From positions 199,844 through 263,843 of the forward strand of contig JBGAGW010000001.1 of the NCBI GenBank assembly GCA_044226545.1: a stretch of 64,000 bases of DNA, in the 5' to 3' direction. This DNA is from Limisphaerales bacterium (lineage in GTDB: Bacteria; Verrucomicrobiota; Verrucomicrobiia; Limisphaerales; SXQI01). Positions 1-9,812 of this stretch are shown here, piece by piece (the first letter of the stretch is position 1; the number at the start of each line of letters is the position of its first letter). The notes beneath the pieces are model-generated. The model saw only the letters and a list, made by a program, of their open reading frames with translations. It had not been told where the DNA came from and did no database searches. Made by a program: the position numbers and the translations under genes.

Positions 1-655
1 GATGATACATGATTTCTGAAATCGTCAGCGTCGGCTTCTGGACTGAGAAACTCCGGACCGTCGGGCCGCTCCATGTGCTGCCGTTCAGACGTCGCGCAAA
101 AACTTTGCTATTCGACTGGATCGTGACCGGCCCCCCGTAACGGACTGCTTTCGCGGAGAGCGCTCCGCCAGGTAGCCTCGGATCGGTTCCATCCACGGTA
201 TAATAGATCGCGCCAGCGCCGGCACCACCCATGGTTAGACTCGATCCGGGCCGTGTCAGTCCGCCAGCTAGATCCATCAGGGGCACCGGAAGGAACTGAC
301 TATCGATCCACGTGTACCGCCCTTTTATCCAGTTCGTAAAAGACTGCAGAATCCCAGCGTAAGTTGTCGGGCTAGAATACAACGGTGGGTTCGGCCACAC
401 ATAGGTGCCGAGCCGAGGCCAGCGTTGAAAGTCGCGATCCGCAGCTTCACTCAACATTGCCCCTAACTCCTGCGCTCGGGCGATCACGTTTGTGCTGGAG
501 AGCACATTCGTTCGCAACTCGCTCCAACGGTCTATGATCCGCTGATTGAAATCCGGATCACCGGTGGTCCCGCCGCTGCTCGCGGTTCCACACATCAACC
601 GACGCAGCCAGATATGTTCGTTATCTCCCAGCTCCTGCCATACCAACTCGTGGTA
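1..655 (-). pseudogene. Continuation of the CotH-family gene in a different reading frame (runs off the window edge); apparent frameshift or sequencing error
   Basis: Hand translation of the minus strand gives an open frame from ~655 to position 1: 'YHELVWQELGDNEHIWLRRLMCGTASSGGTTGDPDFNQRIIDRWSELRTN...FQRWPRLG...IYYTVDGTDPRLPG...TLTISEIMYH'. These are typical CotH C-terminal, chitobiase-like and second LTD motifs. That frame is closed by TAA at 656-658, and the main frame stops at 595-597. Confidence 0.6.
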
Positions 656-3237
656 TTAGCCCCGTCGAGATAATCTGCATTCCCGAAACTCAGGTTGTAA
701 TCCCAGATGGGCGACATGTGCACCTTGCCATTGCGCGGCTTGTAAAAATAGGTGCTTAGGCGATAGCCATCGATCTGCTTGGCGAATTCCGTGATCCAGT
801 GGTAATCCACAAACGAATCGGCATCTAAATAGTACGACCAATGGTTCGTGCCCGTCGCTGTCTTCCAGTTCGAGGCATAGAGAGCCTTCTCCATTTGAGC
901 CAGATAATTTCGAAGCCAGTTCTTTTGAGCCGTCGTTGCCTCAATGGGTTTGGGCTGATGCAGCTTCAACGCCTGCGGCGAAAATCCAGCCGCTGAACTG
1001 CCTGGCGTGCTGAAATTATAATCGCCCGGACTATCTTTATCCTTCTTAAACATGTAACCGCCGGAAATATCCGGTTCTGTCGTGTTGTAAGGGGTGAGTT
1101 GATCGATATCGACGCGGTTCTTGTCGATTTTTATTTTCTCCACCAGAATATAGATACCGACGTAGTCCGAAGCATAATTCAGCTTTCCGCCGGTAGTGTT
1201 AAGGAACACTTCCACAAACTTCCTGCGTACGGAATAATGGCCCATCTTCTCGTACAACTCATAAGCCATAAAGTTCTGCAAAAAGGGCTTGTCGCTATAT
1301 GGCGCATAAAGCGCCCAGTCTGCATCCGCAGGCAAACCAAAGAGGCCTACCCCTTCTTGCTGGCGAAGCCCATTCTCAAAGGTGAAATTATATTGCTGCT
1401 TCGGAAAACCTGACGATGTCTGACCGCGCACTTCGATGCCGCCTTGTCCTATAAAATCCGCCTTGCCGGTCACTGCCGCGCGCCCGCGATAAGTATCCAC
1501 CGCCACAATTGAGGCCAAAGCCCGCGGCGTAACATCTTGTCCAATTCCGCGTCCACCCGTGCTCAAAATGATCAACGGCAGGTTCGAGCTGAAATTGCGC
1601 ACGGAGCTATCGACGAGCGTGTAAGGCTGCGATTCGACAGGTCCCGGCAATAATCCTGTTTGGAAGGTTCGAGCCTTAAGCACAATACAACTTGTTACGC
1701 TGACCGGCCCGGTATAGAGGGTTGAGGTCGATGTTGGAACTGTGCCATCCGTGGTATAACGAATCTGTCCTGACGCGGCACTCATCGTTACGGATACTGA
1801 GTTGTTCGTATAAATACCCCCGGGCACTGAAAACGAGACCTCCGGTGCAAACCCAGGTCCACTGGCCACATTGGCCGCTCCGGGTGTCGGCTTGCTCAGG
1901 AACCCCGTCAACGTCGGGCTATTCGCGTCGCGCCCATATGAAATGTCCGCTTGCTGGCGCGGATACGGATTGAATGCCGAAACCACATTTGTGTGCGAAT
2001 CGACCAGAGCAAGATAGCCGCCCGCTTTTTCAATCTTGAAGTTGGTATGGAGCGGCGCGGAGGTGTTCGTTTTGTTTTTACCCGAAGCGAAGATCAAAAA
2101 ATACTTTCCTGCATCCAGGGTCATCGCGGGTATCCGCCATTTTGTTAAATTCGCCGCGTCGTCCGTTGCGAACCAGCCTTTCAGATCAGCAATCCCAGCA
2201 CTTGTATTGAGCAACTCGATCCAATCGGACCGATCCCCATCCTCGTCTTTCACCCCATGTTGGTTATCCGCCAGGAACTCGGAAATGATTACATCCGCCT
2301 GATTGTTGGCGGGCTGGATCGAGTAACCCCAGCTTCCGCCAGCAAACGGGTTCGAACTCAGATCTGCGATCCCGCTATTTTTTGCCCACGCCACCGCCAC
2401 ATTACCGTCGGGTTGGGCCGGAAATGTAAAATTGTATTCCCGTGGCGAAATCACTGTCATACCAGTCGCCGCCACACCGTTGATCAAGAGGTCCGAAGCA
2501 TCGACACCGGTAACACTCTCCGTGAACACCACATCGATATGGCTCAACTCAGAAATTGTGCTCCCAGCGACGGGATCGGTCGAAAGCAAGACCGGAGGAG
2601 CTTCGTCGAGATCGCTTTCCAGCGACAAGTCGAAGAACAAGTCCGAACTGGTTGCGTTCGCATTGAAAAGCTGAACCGCAATCACGTTCGTCCCTGTCAC
2701 GACCGGACCCGCAACTCCGTTCGTTATCGAAAACGCCGTCAGAATCTCTTCTCCCGCCGAAGAGGCCCAGGCGTTGTAGGCCAACTCACCTTCCGGAACA
2801 TTGAATCGCCCCGCCTCTACCCCATTGATCCATACGATGCACCCGTCATCCACGTTCACATTCACGGTGAACACGTTCCCAGCGCCTGGGCTTTTCGCCA
2901 CAAACTGTCCACGCAGAAAGATGGAAGAATAATTGCCTTCGGTCGAAGATGGTATGAGCGTCACCAGTGTTGCCTCTGCGGCGGAATTCGCGGGGTTCGC
3001 ATATCCAATCGGGACCGGTGCCAACGTCCATTTTGAATCATCGAATCCGATCTTGCGCCACGAGGTCGAATCAGGAGGTGACGCCTCATTCAGACCGATC
3101 AGATATTTCCAAGTGGCTCCATAAGGCACAATCTCGGCTGCATAAACAAAGTAGTGACCTAACAGAAGCACACCAAAAATCCAAAGGCGCGCCGCAATAC
3201 GTAAAAGTGCTTGCATCAGAAAGTTCAGCGACTCCAC
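595..3237 (-). CDS. CotH-family protein with N-terminal hydrophobic signal/anchor, lamin-tail-like (LTD) domain and CotH kinase-like domain; frame breaks at its 3' end
   Basis: 880-aa ORF. LTD-like 'IISEFLADNQHGVKDEDGDRSDWIELLN'. CotH-like 'QQYNFTFE', 'LYAPYSDKPFLQNFMAYELYEKMG', 'IWDYNLSFGNADY'. Confidence 0.8.
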   Translation of the reverse strand: MESLNFLMQALLRIAARLWIFGVLLLGHYFVYAAEIVPYGATWKYLIGLNEASPPDSTSWRKIGFDDSKWTLAPVPIGYANPANSAAEATLVTLIPSSTEGNYSSIFLRGQFVAKSPGAGNVFTVNVNVDDGCIVWINGVEAGRFNVPEGELAYNAWASSAGEEILTAFSITNGVAGPVVTGTNVIAVQLFNANATSSDLFFDLSLESDLDEAPPVLLSTDPVAGSTISELSHIDVVFTESVTGVDASDLLINGVAATGMTVISPREYNFTFPAQPDGNVAVAWAKNSGIADLSSNPFAGGSWGYSIQPANNQADVIISEFLADNQHGVKDEDGDRSDWIELLNTSAGIADLKGWFATDDAANLTKWRIPAMTLDAGKYFLIFASGKNKTNTSAPLHTNFKIEKAGGYLALVDSHTNVVSAFNPYPRQQADISYGRDANSPTLTGFLSKPTPGAANVASGPGFAPEVSFSVPGGIYTNNSVSVTMSAASGQIRYTTDGTVPTSTSTLYTGPVSVTSCIVLKARTFQTGLLPGPVESQPYTLVDSSVRNFSSNLPLIILSTGGRGIGQDVTPRALASIVAVDTYRGRAAVTGKADFIGQGGIEVRGQTSSGFPKQQYNFTFENGLRQQEGVGLFGLPADADWALYAPYSDKPFLQNFMAYELYEKMGHYSVRRKFVEVFLNTTGGKLNYASDYVGIYILVEKIKIDKNRVDIDQLTPYNTTEPDISGGYMFKKDKDSPGDYNFSTPGSSAAGFSPQALKLHQPKPIEATTAQKNWLRNYLAQMEKALYASNWKTATGTNHWSYYLDADSFVDYHWITEFAKQIDGYRLSTYFYKPRNGKVHMSPIWDYNLSFGNADYLDGANTTSWYGRSWEITNISGCVG

Positions 3238-3342
3238 AGCAGACCCAAATCAGCAGATTCCTTGCCGTTTTCAATGGGTTGCCAATGGCCGAGCAAAAGA
3301 TACACCGGATCGGTTTCGGCGCTAGTTTCAGGCGCTACTTTC

Positions 3343-4080
3343 CTACACCCCGCCAAAGCGCCGATGCCGGCGCGCATACTCCTCCAGCGCCTCAAAAAGC
3401 TGCGGTTTTCGAAAATCCGGCCACAACGTGCTCGTCACGACCAGTTCTGCGTATGAGATCTGCCACAAAAGAAAGTTGCTTACCCGCATCTCTCCGCTCG
3501 TCCGCACCAGAAGGTCCGGGTCCGGATAGTGCCGCGTGTAAAGATGCTGCGAAATGGTTTGCTCGGTAATCTCCGCAGGTTCCAGTTGGCCGGCTCTGGA
3601 CTTCTCCGCGATCGCGCGCACTGCTTCCACGATCTCTGTCCGCCCTCCGTAACTCAGCGCCAGAATCAGCGTCAGGCCCGTATTTTTTGCCAGGGCCGCG
3701 TGGGTTTTCTTCAACTGTTCCTGCACGAATTCGGGCAAACGATAGATCTGCCCGATCACCTCCAACCGCACGTTATTCTTGTTCAGTTCCCCGATCTCTG
3801 ACTTCAAATAACGAGCTAAATACTTCATCAACGTGTCGACCTCATCTTTGGGACGGTTCCAGTTCTCGACTGAAAACGCATACAAAGTCAGATACTTGAT
3901 TCCGACCTCGCCACACGTTCGCACAATCGTCCGCACGCTTTCCACACCTACGCGATGGCCTTCCACTCGCGGCAGGTGACGTTGTTTGGCCCAACGCCCG
4001 TTGCCATCCATGATGATCGCGACGTGCGTGGGAAGATTCTCGCGCGCCTGCGGACTCAAACTCGTGTGCGGCGTCGTCAC
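3343..4080 (-). CDS. uppS: Isoprenyl transferase / undecaprenyl-diphosphate synthase
   Basis: 'HVAIIMDGNGRWAKQRHLPRVEGHRVG...YLTLYAFSVENWNRPKDEV...RTSGEMRVSNFLLWQISYAEL'. Start uncertain: GTG at 4078-4080 is proposed, and the ORF could extend to 4191, overlapping purA. Confidence 0.9.
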   Translation of the reverse strand: MTTPHTSLSPQARENLPTHVAIIMDGNGRWAKQRHLPRVEGHRVGVESVRTIVRTCGEVGIKYLTLYAFSVENWNRPKDEVDTLMKYLARYLKSEIGELNKNNVRLEVIGQIYRLPEFVQEQLKKTHAALAKNTGLTLILALSYGGRTEIVEAVRAIAEKSRAGQLEPAEITEQTISQHLYTRHYPDPDLLVRTSGEMRVSNFLLWQISYAELVVTSTLWPDFRKPQLFEALEEYARRHRRFGGV

Positions 4081-4147
4081 CTTATGCAAGTGGACCGCGA
4101 CCGGCGACCGGTCGCGCTCCGCTTCGCGTCGCTCGGTGCTGCTTCCG

Positions 4148-5416
4148 TCACAGGAAAAGAGTTTGTTCCCGGGCGGGACCGACAGACGCAATGGTCAGCT
4201 CGGCTCCGGTTAGATCCGAAATCGCTTTCAAATAGGAACGCGCCTTCGCCGGCATCGCCTTCCAGCTCGTGATTTCGTGGGTGGGCGTTTTCCAACCCGG
4301 AAATTCCTTATACACCGGCTGGCATTTCGAGAATGTCTCGATGTCGTTCGGGATGTAATCGTACATCTTCGATCCGCAACGGTATCCAGTGCAGACACGA
4401 ATAGTTTCGAGCGTATCCAGCCCGTCGATATTCGTAATCGCCAGCTCGTCGATCCCGTTCACCATCGTGGCATGGCGAGTGGCAACCGCGTCGAACCATC
4501 CGCAGCGGCGCGCGCGACCTGTCGTTGCGCCAAATTCACGCCCCATCGCGTGCAACATGTCGGCAATCTCGGCATTCTCCGTCGGCAAGGGTCCTTCCCC
4601 CACGCGCGTGGTGTAAGCCTTCATCACTCCAACGACGCGATTCATCCGGTTCGGCGGCACACCGGAACCGGTGCAGGCGCCGCCCGACGTCGTGTTGGAC
4701 GAGGTCACAAAAGGATAGGTTCCGTGATCGATATCGAGGAACGTCCCTTGCGCGCCTTCGAACAAAATCTCCTCTTTGCGGCGAGTCGCCTCGTGCAGCC
4801 ACACCACCGTATTGGCCACGAATGGTGCGAGATAATCGCCAGCGCGACGATATTCCTCATGGACTTTTTTGAACGACAGCGGCTTCGCTCCGAACGCCTT
4901 TAGAACCTCGTTGTTCTCTTTCAGTCGCTGCTTGAGCAACAACTCGAACCGCGGGGCGTTGATCAAATCCACCACACGTAATCCGGTCCGCGCTGCTTTA
5001 TCTCCATACGCCGGGCCAATTCCGCGTTTGGTCGTGCCGATCTTATTCTTCCCTTTTAGAATTTCCCGTTGCTCATCCAGCATGCGGTGATACGGAAGAA
5101 CCAGGTGCGCCGTTTCACTCAGCAACATGTTCCCGTTTACCTTGACGCCGAGCTTGAGCAATCCTTCAATTTCGCCGACCAGCGAAATTGGATCTACCAC
5201 CACGCCATTACCGATGATGCACATCTTATCCGGACGCAAAATCCCGGACGGCACCAGATGCAGCACATATTTCTTGCTTCCGATATAAACGGTGTGCCCG
5301 GCGTTATTTCCGCCCTGCGTGCGCACCACCACATCGGCGTCCTCCGTCAGGACGTCGATAATCTTCCCTTTCCCTTCGTCACCCCACTGTGCTCCGACTA
5401 AGATCGTATTCGGCAT
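4148..5416 (-). CDS. purA: Adenylosuccinate synthase
   Basis: 'MPNTILVGAQWGDEGKGKIIDVLTEDADVVVRTQGGNNAGHTV'. ATG at 5414-5416; the ORF-track N-terminal extension to 5593 is probably not translated. Confidence 0.95.
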   Translation of the reverse strand: MPNTILVGAQWGDEGKGKIIDVLTEDADVVVRTQGGNNAGHTVYIGSKKYVLHLVPSGILRPDKMCIIGNGVVVDPISLVGEIEGLLKLGVKVNGNMLLSETAHLVLPYHRMLDEQREILKGKNKIGTTKRGIGPAYGDKAARTGLRVVDLINAPRFELLLKQRLKENNEVLKAFGAKPLSFKKVHEEYRRAGDYLAPFVANTVVWLHEATRRKEEILFEGAQGTFLDIDHGTYPFVTSSNTTSGGACTGSGVPPNRMNRVVGVMKAYTTRVGEGPLPTENAEIADMLHAMGREFGATTGRARRCGWFDAVATRHATMVNGIDELAITNIDGLDTLETIRVCTGYRCGSKMYDYIPNDIETFSKCQPVYKEFPGWKTPTHEITSWKAMPAKARSYLKAISDLTGAELTIASVGPAREQTLFL

Positions 5417-5435
5417 ATTGCAAAACTGATCCGAG

Positions 5436-5468
5436 CAAACAAAAAGCCCCGAAATGTAAATTCGGGGC
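5436..5468 (-). terminator. Intrinsic-terminator-like hairpin plus U-tract inside the purA 5' leader (possible attenuator)
   Basis: Minus strand reads CCCCGAA-tttacat-TTCGGGG followed by CTTTTTGTTTG. It lies 20-50 nt upstream of the purA ATG. Confidence 0.4.
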
Positions 5469-5491
5469 GCAGGCTCGCTATTTACGGGCAG

Positions 5492-5520
5492 ACCGTATAG
5501 ACGCGCTCTTCCCGTGTCAA
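5492..5520 (-). promoter_or_regulatory. Sigma70-like promoter candidate for purA (TTGACA-17 nt-TACGGT)
   Basis: Minus-strand TTGACA (5515-5520) and TACGGT (5492-5497) with a 17-nt spacer. By eye only. Confidence 0.3.
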
Positions 5521-5699
5521 TGCCCCAAAACTTGCCTCTGCACCTTTCGACCGGCAATAGTCCATCCCTGATCGCCAACGCCAAACCACCCAACGATCGC
5601 GCGACGCGGATCTTCCGTCGGCTGAAGCGGTGCCGCGGTATGGACGATCATGAACGCTGGCAGCACGCTCTCTTTTTTGCCATCGCGCGACTGTATTGA
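5514..5699 (+). CDS. Possible short/degenerate DUF433-like antitoxin partner
   Basis: 'ATRIFRRLKRCRGMDDHE' loosely fits the DUF433 pattern GTRI-x9-GMsxEE. The ORF sits 42 nt upstream of the DUF5615-like gene. Weak. Confidence 0.3.
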   Translation: MSMPQNLPLHLSTGNSPSLIANAKPPNDRATRIFRRLKRCRGMDDHERWQHALFFAIARLY

Positions 5700-5741
5700 T
5701 CATGAAGCTGCACAACTCGAAGCCGAATCCTCCGCCTCGCG

Positions 5742-6104
5742 TTGAGCCTCAAATTCTACCTTGATGACGACAGCGCCGAGGCGGCGCTCGTTGACGCTCT
5801 CCGGCCTCGCGCTCTACCGTCTACACCCCCTTCAGATGCGGACTTGGAAGGTGCCGATGACCGTGTTCATCTCGACTGGCGCGCCGAAAACGAATTCGTG
5901 CTGGTATCGCACAATGTCGGTGACTTTAACCGACTCCACAAAGCCTTTCTAAACGAGGGCAAAATGCATTCTGGTATCATTCTGATGCGCCGACAGACTC
6001 TGAGTATCGGTGAAAGACTACGTCGCCTCGCGCGGATCTCCAGTCACTTCTCTAAAGAAGAGATGAGGAACCGCGTCGAGTTTCTAGGTAATTGGAAGGC
6101 CTGA
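5742..6104 (+). CDS. DUF5615-family PIN-like (Mut7-C-like) protein, putative toxin
   Basis: TTG start. 'KFYLDDD...ADDRVHLDWRAENEFVLVSHNVGDFNRLHKAFLNEGKMHSGIILMR' fits the DUF5615 pattern. Confidence 0.65.
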   Translation: MSLKFYLDDDSAEAALVDALRPRALPSTPPSDADLEGADDRVHLDWRAENEFVLVSHNVGDFNRLHKAFLNEGKMHSGIILMRRQTLSIGERLRRLARISSHFSKEEMRNRVEFLGNWKA

Positions 6105-6167
6105 GCTCCGGGCGCTCTTTCGGATTTACTTTGTCTTTTAGCGCGTCCTTCTGTGTTATTGTCCGCG

Positions 6168-7289
6168 ATGCGTTTGCTGGACCGGTATCTATTGCGTGAG
6201 CTCTGCACGCCTCTGCTTTATTGCCTGGCCGGCTTTATTATTTTTTGGATCACTTTCGAAATTTTCACTGACCTGGACGATTTTCAAAAAGCGCAAATGA
6301 CCATTTCGGAGGTTGCGCAGTACTATCTGATCCGCTTGCCTGAGCTCCTGGTTACGGTTTTGCCCATCGCGCTGCTGCTCGCCCTCCTTTATGCACTCAC
6401 GAATCACGGCCGTCACAACGAACTCGTCGCGATGCGTGCGGCTGGTTTGAGCCTCGGGCGAATCAGCATTCCCTATTTTCTCGTTGGATTGCTCTCCAGC
6501 GCCGCGCTTTTCTATTTGAACGAAACTCTCGTTCCGGACAGCACCGCAAGAGCCGAAGCTCTCAAGGCAAAACACCTTGTCACTTCTGCGGACAAAGAAT
6601 GGGTTTCGCGCGTCAATTTCCGGAATGCCCATGAAAATCGCATTTGGAATATCGGCGCACTCAATCGACGAACCTACCAACTGACCGATCCGCATGTGGA
6701 ATGGCTGCTCTCCGATGGCACCCGCAAGAAACTATTCGCCAAGCGCGCCGCGTGGACGAACGACCAATGGCTTTTCTACGAGGTCGAACTTTTTTCCTAC
6801 CCGCCGGACGTGGACTTTGACAAGGCTGCCTCCCGCCCGCTTCGAACAAATGAACTCGTGCTCGCCGAACTAAACGACACTCCGCGCGAAATGCAGCTCT
6901 ACCTTAAATTTCAGCGCATCAATGCGATCGAAGCCGCGAAGCGAACCCAACTCACCCTCGCAGAAATCGAATACCTGCGCGATCACGTGGAGCTCAACCG
7001 CCGTGATCGCGCTCTGCTCCAAACCCAATTTCACGCACGCCTCGCCCAGCCCTGGACCTGCCTTGTCGTCGCCATCGTCGCCCTCCCCTTCGGTGCGCGG
7101 ACCAACTCACGCCGCAACGTGATGGTGGGCGTCGCCAGCAGCATCTTCATCGTGATTGTCTACTTCTTCTTCCTGCGCGTCGGCCTCGCACTTGGCACCG
7201 GCGGATACATTCCGGCGTGGCTCGCCGCGTGGCTACCGAATGCGATCTTCGGCACGCTCGGTGCCGCACTCACCTGGACCATGAAATGA
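6168..7289 (+). CDS. LptF/LptG-family (YjgP/YjgQ) LPS export permease
   Basis: 'MRLLDRYLLRELCTPLLYCLAGFIIFWITFEIFTDLDDF', multiple TM segments. Start taken at ATG 6168. Confidence 0.85.
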   Translation: MRLLDRYLLRELCTPLLYCLAGFIIFWITFEIFTDLDDFQKAQMTISEVAQYYLIRLPELLVTVLPIALLLALLYALTNHGRHNELVAMRAAGLSLGRISIPYFLVGLLSSAALFYLNETLVPDSTARAEALKAKHLVTSADKEWVSRVNFRNAHENRIWNIGALNRRTYQLTDPHVEWLLSDGTRKKLFAKRAAWTNDQWLFYEVELFSYPPDVDFDKAASRPLRTNELVLAELNDTPREMQLYLKFQRINAIEAAKRTQLTLAEIEYLRDHVELNRRDRALLQTQFHARLAQPWTCLVVAIVALPFGARTNSRRNVMVGVASSIFIVIVYFFFLRVGLALGTGGYIPAWLAAWLPNAIFGTLGAALTWTMK

Positions 7290-9040
7290 GCGACGCTCCT
7301 TCTATCGACCCAAAACAATACGAGGAGCTCAAGCGCCAATACGAGCGCCTCAACCTGCTCTACCAGGTCAACAGCGTCATCCACTCCACGCTCGACCCAA
7401 CCCGCGCCCTCGAACTGATCATTGGCGAAGCCGTCCGCCTCATGCGCGCCACCAGCGGTTCCGTCGTTCTGATCAATCCCACCAACGGTTTCCTCGAAAT
7501 CGAAGCCTCCGTCGGCCTTCCCCCCGAAAGCAAAGCCCTTCGACTCAAAGTCGGCGAAGGACTTACAGGTTGGGTCGCCCGCCACGGCAAAATCGCCCGC
7601 GTTGGCGACGTCTCCAAAGACAACCGCTACATCATGGCGAAGGAAAACGTCCGCTCCGAACTCGCCGTCCCCCTCAACGTCGGCGGCGAACTCCTCCGTG
7701 GCGTCCTCAACGTCGATTCCGACCGCCTCAACGCTTTTTCCGACGAAGACGAGCAACTCCTGCGCGACCTTGCGGTCCAGGCCGCCCAGGTCATCCACAA
7801 CACCTGGCTCTACGAACAGATCCGCCAGAAAGCCCGCCTTTTCGAAACCCTGACCAGCATCAGCAAAACCATCAACTCGACCCTTAACCTTGATGACGTG
7901 CTTAGCGTTATCACCCGCGAGGCCTCGCACCTCATGGCCGGCAAACTCTGCTCCCTTCTCATGCTCGACCAAACCGGCGAATGGCTCGAACTCCGCTCCA
8001 GCTACGGCGCTGGCGATTCCTACATCAACAAACCCCGCCTCGCCGTCGACGAAAGCCTCCTCGGCACCGTCGTCCGCCGGAAAAAAGCGTTGCAGGTCGA
8101 AAACGTCCAACTCTCCAGCCGCTACCAACACATCGAAGTCGCCCGCCAGGAAGGCCTCGTCTCACTCCTCGGCGTCCCGCTTCTTTTCGGTGGCAAATGC
8201 ATCGGCACACTCAGCGTCTACACCGGCGAACATCGCAGCTTCTCCAACGAAGAAGTCCGCATCCTCTCAGCCCTCGCCGAATTCTCCGGCATCGCCATCG
8301 AAAAAGCCCGCCTCTACGAACGCCTCGTCGATATCGAAGAAGAACTCCGCCGCAACGAAAAACTCTCCGCCATCGGCCTGCTCGCCGCCGAAGTCGCCCA
8401 CGAAATCCGCAATCCCCTCACCGTCATCAAAATGCTTTTCCACTCGCTCAACCTGAAATTTCCCGCGAACGACCCGCGCGCCAGAGACGTCGAGGTCATG
8501 ACCGAAAAAATCAATCACCTCAACAAAACCGTCGAACAAATCCTCAGCGTCGCCCGCTCCTCTGAACCCTCCCTCGCCCCCGTCGACCTCAACTCCGTCA
8601 TCGAAGATCTCGGCCTCCTCGTCCGCCACAAACTCAAAAACCAGGGCATCAAATTCACCCTCGACCTCGATCCATCACTGCCCAAAGTCAGTGCCGACGC
8701 CGCCCAACTCAGCCAGGCCCTTTTGAACCTTGTCCTCAACTCCGTCGAAGCCATGCCCACCGGCGGCACTCTCACCATCAAAACCAACCCCCTCGCCAAA
8801 GACTCCGCCAAAACCCCTACCCACGCCGTCATCGAACTCAAAGACACCGGCCACGGCATGACCGACGAACAACAAGCCAAAGCCTTCCGCTCTCTTTTGA
8901 AGACCACCAAAAAACACGGCACCGGCATCGGCCTCGCCATCGTCTCGCGCATCATCGAAGCCCACACCGGCGAAATCGAAGTAAAATCCCGTCAAGGCAA
9001 AGGCACCACCTTCCGTATCCTCCTCCCGGTTTCCCCATAG
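7286..9040 (+). CDS. Sensor histidine kinase with two GAF domains (HisKA + HATPase_c)
   Basis: ATG overlaps the preceding stop (ATGA at 7286-7289). GAF-like repeats, H-box 'AAEVAHEIRNPLT', and 'DTGHGM...GTGIGLAIVSRIIEAHTGEI'. Confidence 0.9.
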   Translation: MSDAPSIDPKQYEELKRQYERLNLLYQVNSVIHSTLDPTRALELIIGEAVRLMRATSGSVVLINPTNGFLEIEASVGLPPESKALRLKVGEGLTGWVARHGKIARVGDVSKDNRYIMAKENVRSELAVPLNVGGELLRGVLNVDSDRLNAFSDEDEQLLRDLAVQAAQVIHNTWLYEQIRQKARLFETLTSISKTINSTLNLDDVLSVITREASHLMAGKLCSLLMLDQTGEWLELRSSYGAGDSYINKPRLAVDESLLGTVVRRKKALQVENVQLSSRYQHIEVARQEGLVSLLGVPLLFGGKCIGTLSVYTGEHRSFSNEEVRILSALAEFSGIAIEKARLYERLVDIEEELRRNEKLSAIGLLAAEVAHEIRNPLTVIKMLFHSLNLKFPANDPRARDVEVMTEKINHLNKTVEQILSVARSSEPSLAPVDLNSVIEDLGLLVRHKLKNQGIKFTLDLDPSLPKVSADAAQLSQALLNLVLNSVEAMPTGGTLTIKTNPLAKDSAKTPTHAVIELKDTGHGMTDEQQAKAFRSLLKTTKKHGTGIGLAIVSRIIEAHTGEIEVKSRQGKGTTFRILLPVSP

Positions 9041-9068
9041 CATCAGCTGTGATCGAAACCGCGGATGC

Positions 9069-9105
9069 GGTTGAATTGTGACGGACCCGATTTGTCAATT
9101 CAACC
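9069..9105 (+). terminator. 10-bp stem hairpin downstream of the histidine kinase (no clear T-tract)
   Basis: GGTTGAATTG-17 nt-CAATTCAACC. Confidence 0.3.
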
Positions 9106-9246
9106 ACTACCGTGGTGAAGGATTTTTGGGCTCTCCGGTTCTCCGGGTTTCACCCGGAGCTATGGTTGTTTAGACCCTCCGGGCCTTACGACGAAATACG
9201 CAATCCCACGTGCGATGAACCCAACTTTTCATTCGTTGTCCCCTGG

Positions 9247-9672
9247 TCATTGTTCATTCGCCTGCGGGGTCGCTCCCTCGCTCGTCTGCATCTTCACCAA
9301 AAGCGGAATGCTGATCTCATGCCGATTATCGATGGCGACATCGATCGCGTATTGGCCGGGTTGATCAAACTTCAATTGCTGAATGTTGATGATAAAATTG
9401 CGCAACAGAAAATTCGCGTCGGCGGGCACGGCAACATCAATTGGCATCTCGATACTTGGCATCACCAGGCGGCCGTCTTCATCCACAAAGTTCATCTTCA
9501 CCTTGTGCGCGCCCTCTTCGATCCGGCCAAAGGCGAGGCGGAGCGCAATCGAGCACTGCGGATGAATGGCGGGCAATTGGCTGGTGAGAATCGTGTCGAA
9601 CGTCCCGAGCAAGTTTAACTTCCCGTTGTAATCCGTCGCTGCATCGCACAACACCGCTATTTGAATCGTCAT
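9247..9672 (-). CDS. Conserved hypothetical protein (141 aa)
   Basis: Clean ORF 'MTIQIAVLCDAATDYNGKLNLLGTFDTI...' whose composition looks like real coding sequence. No family assigned. Confidence 0.6.
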   Translation of the reverse strand: MTIQIAVLCDAATDYNGKLNLLGTFDTILTSQLPAIHPQCSIALRLAFGRIEEGAHKVKMNFVDEDGRLVMPSIEMPIDVAVPADANFLLRNFIINIQQLKFDQPGQYAIDVAIDNRHEISIPLLVKMQTSEGATPQANEQ

Positions 9673-9812
9673 ACTGTCTTGTCGGCCGGCAAAACGTTAC
9701 GACCCCGCTCCCCCGTTGCAACCGAAATCGCCGACTGCGAACCTATCGGTCGTGGTAGCCGAGAACTTTTGTGCTTTATTCAACGCTTTGAATCACAAGC
9801 TGTGCGATGAGG

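Noticed and set aside
7160-9043. Several long minus-strand and alternate-frame ORFs (e.g. 7160-8131, 323 aa; 7890-8456; 7981-8565; 8675-9043) overlap the GAF histidine kinase.
   Set aside because: They are low-complexity (Ala/Gly/Asp/Glu/Phe- or Pro/Arg/Ser-rich) shadow ORFs typical of GC-rich coding DNA. The plus-strand kinase frame carries all the recognisable domains.
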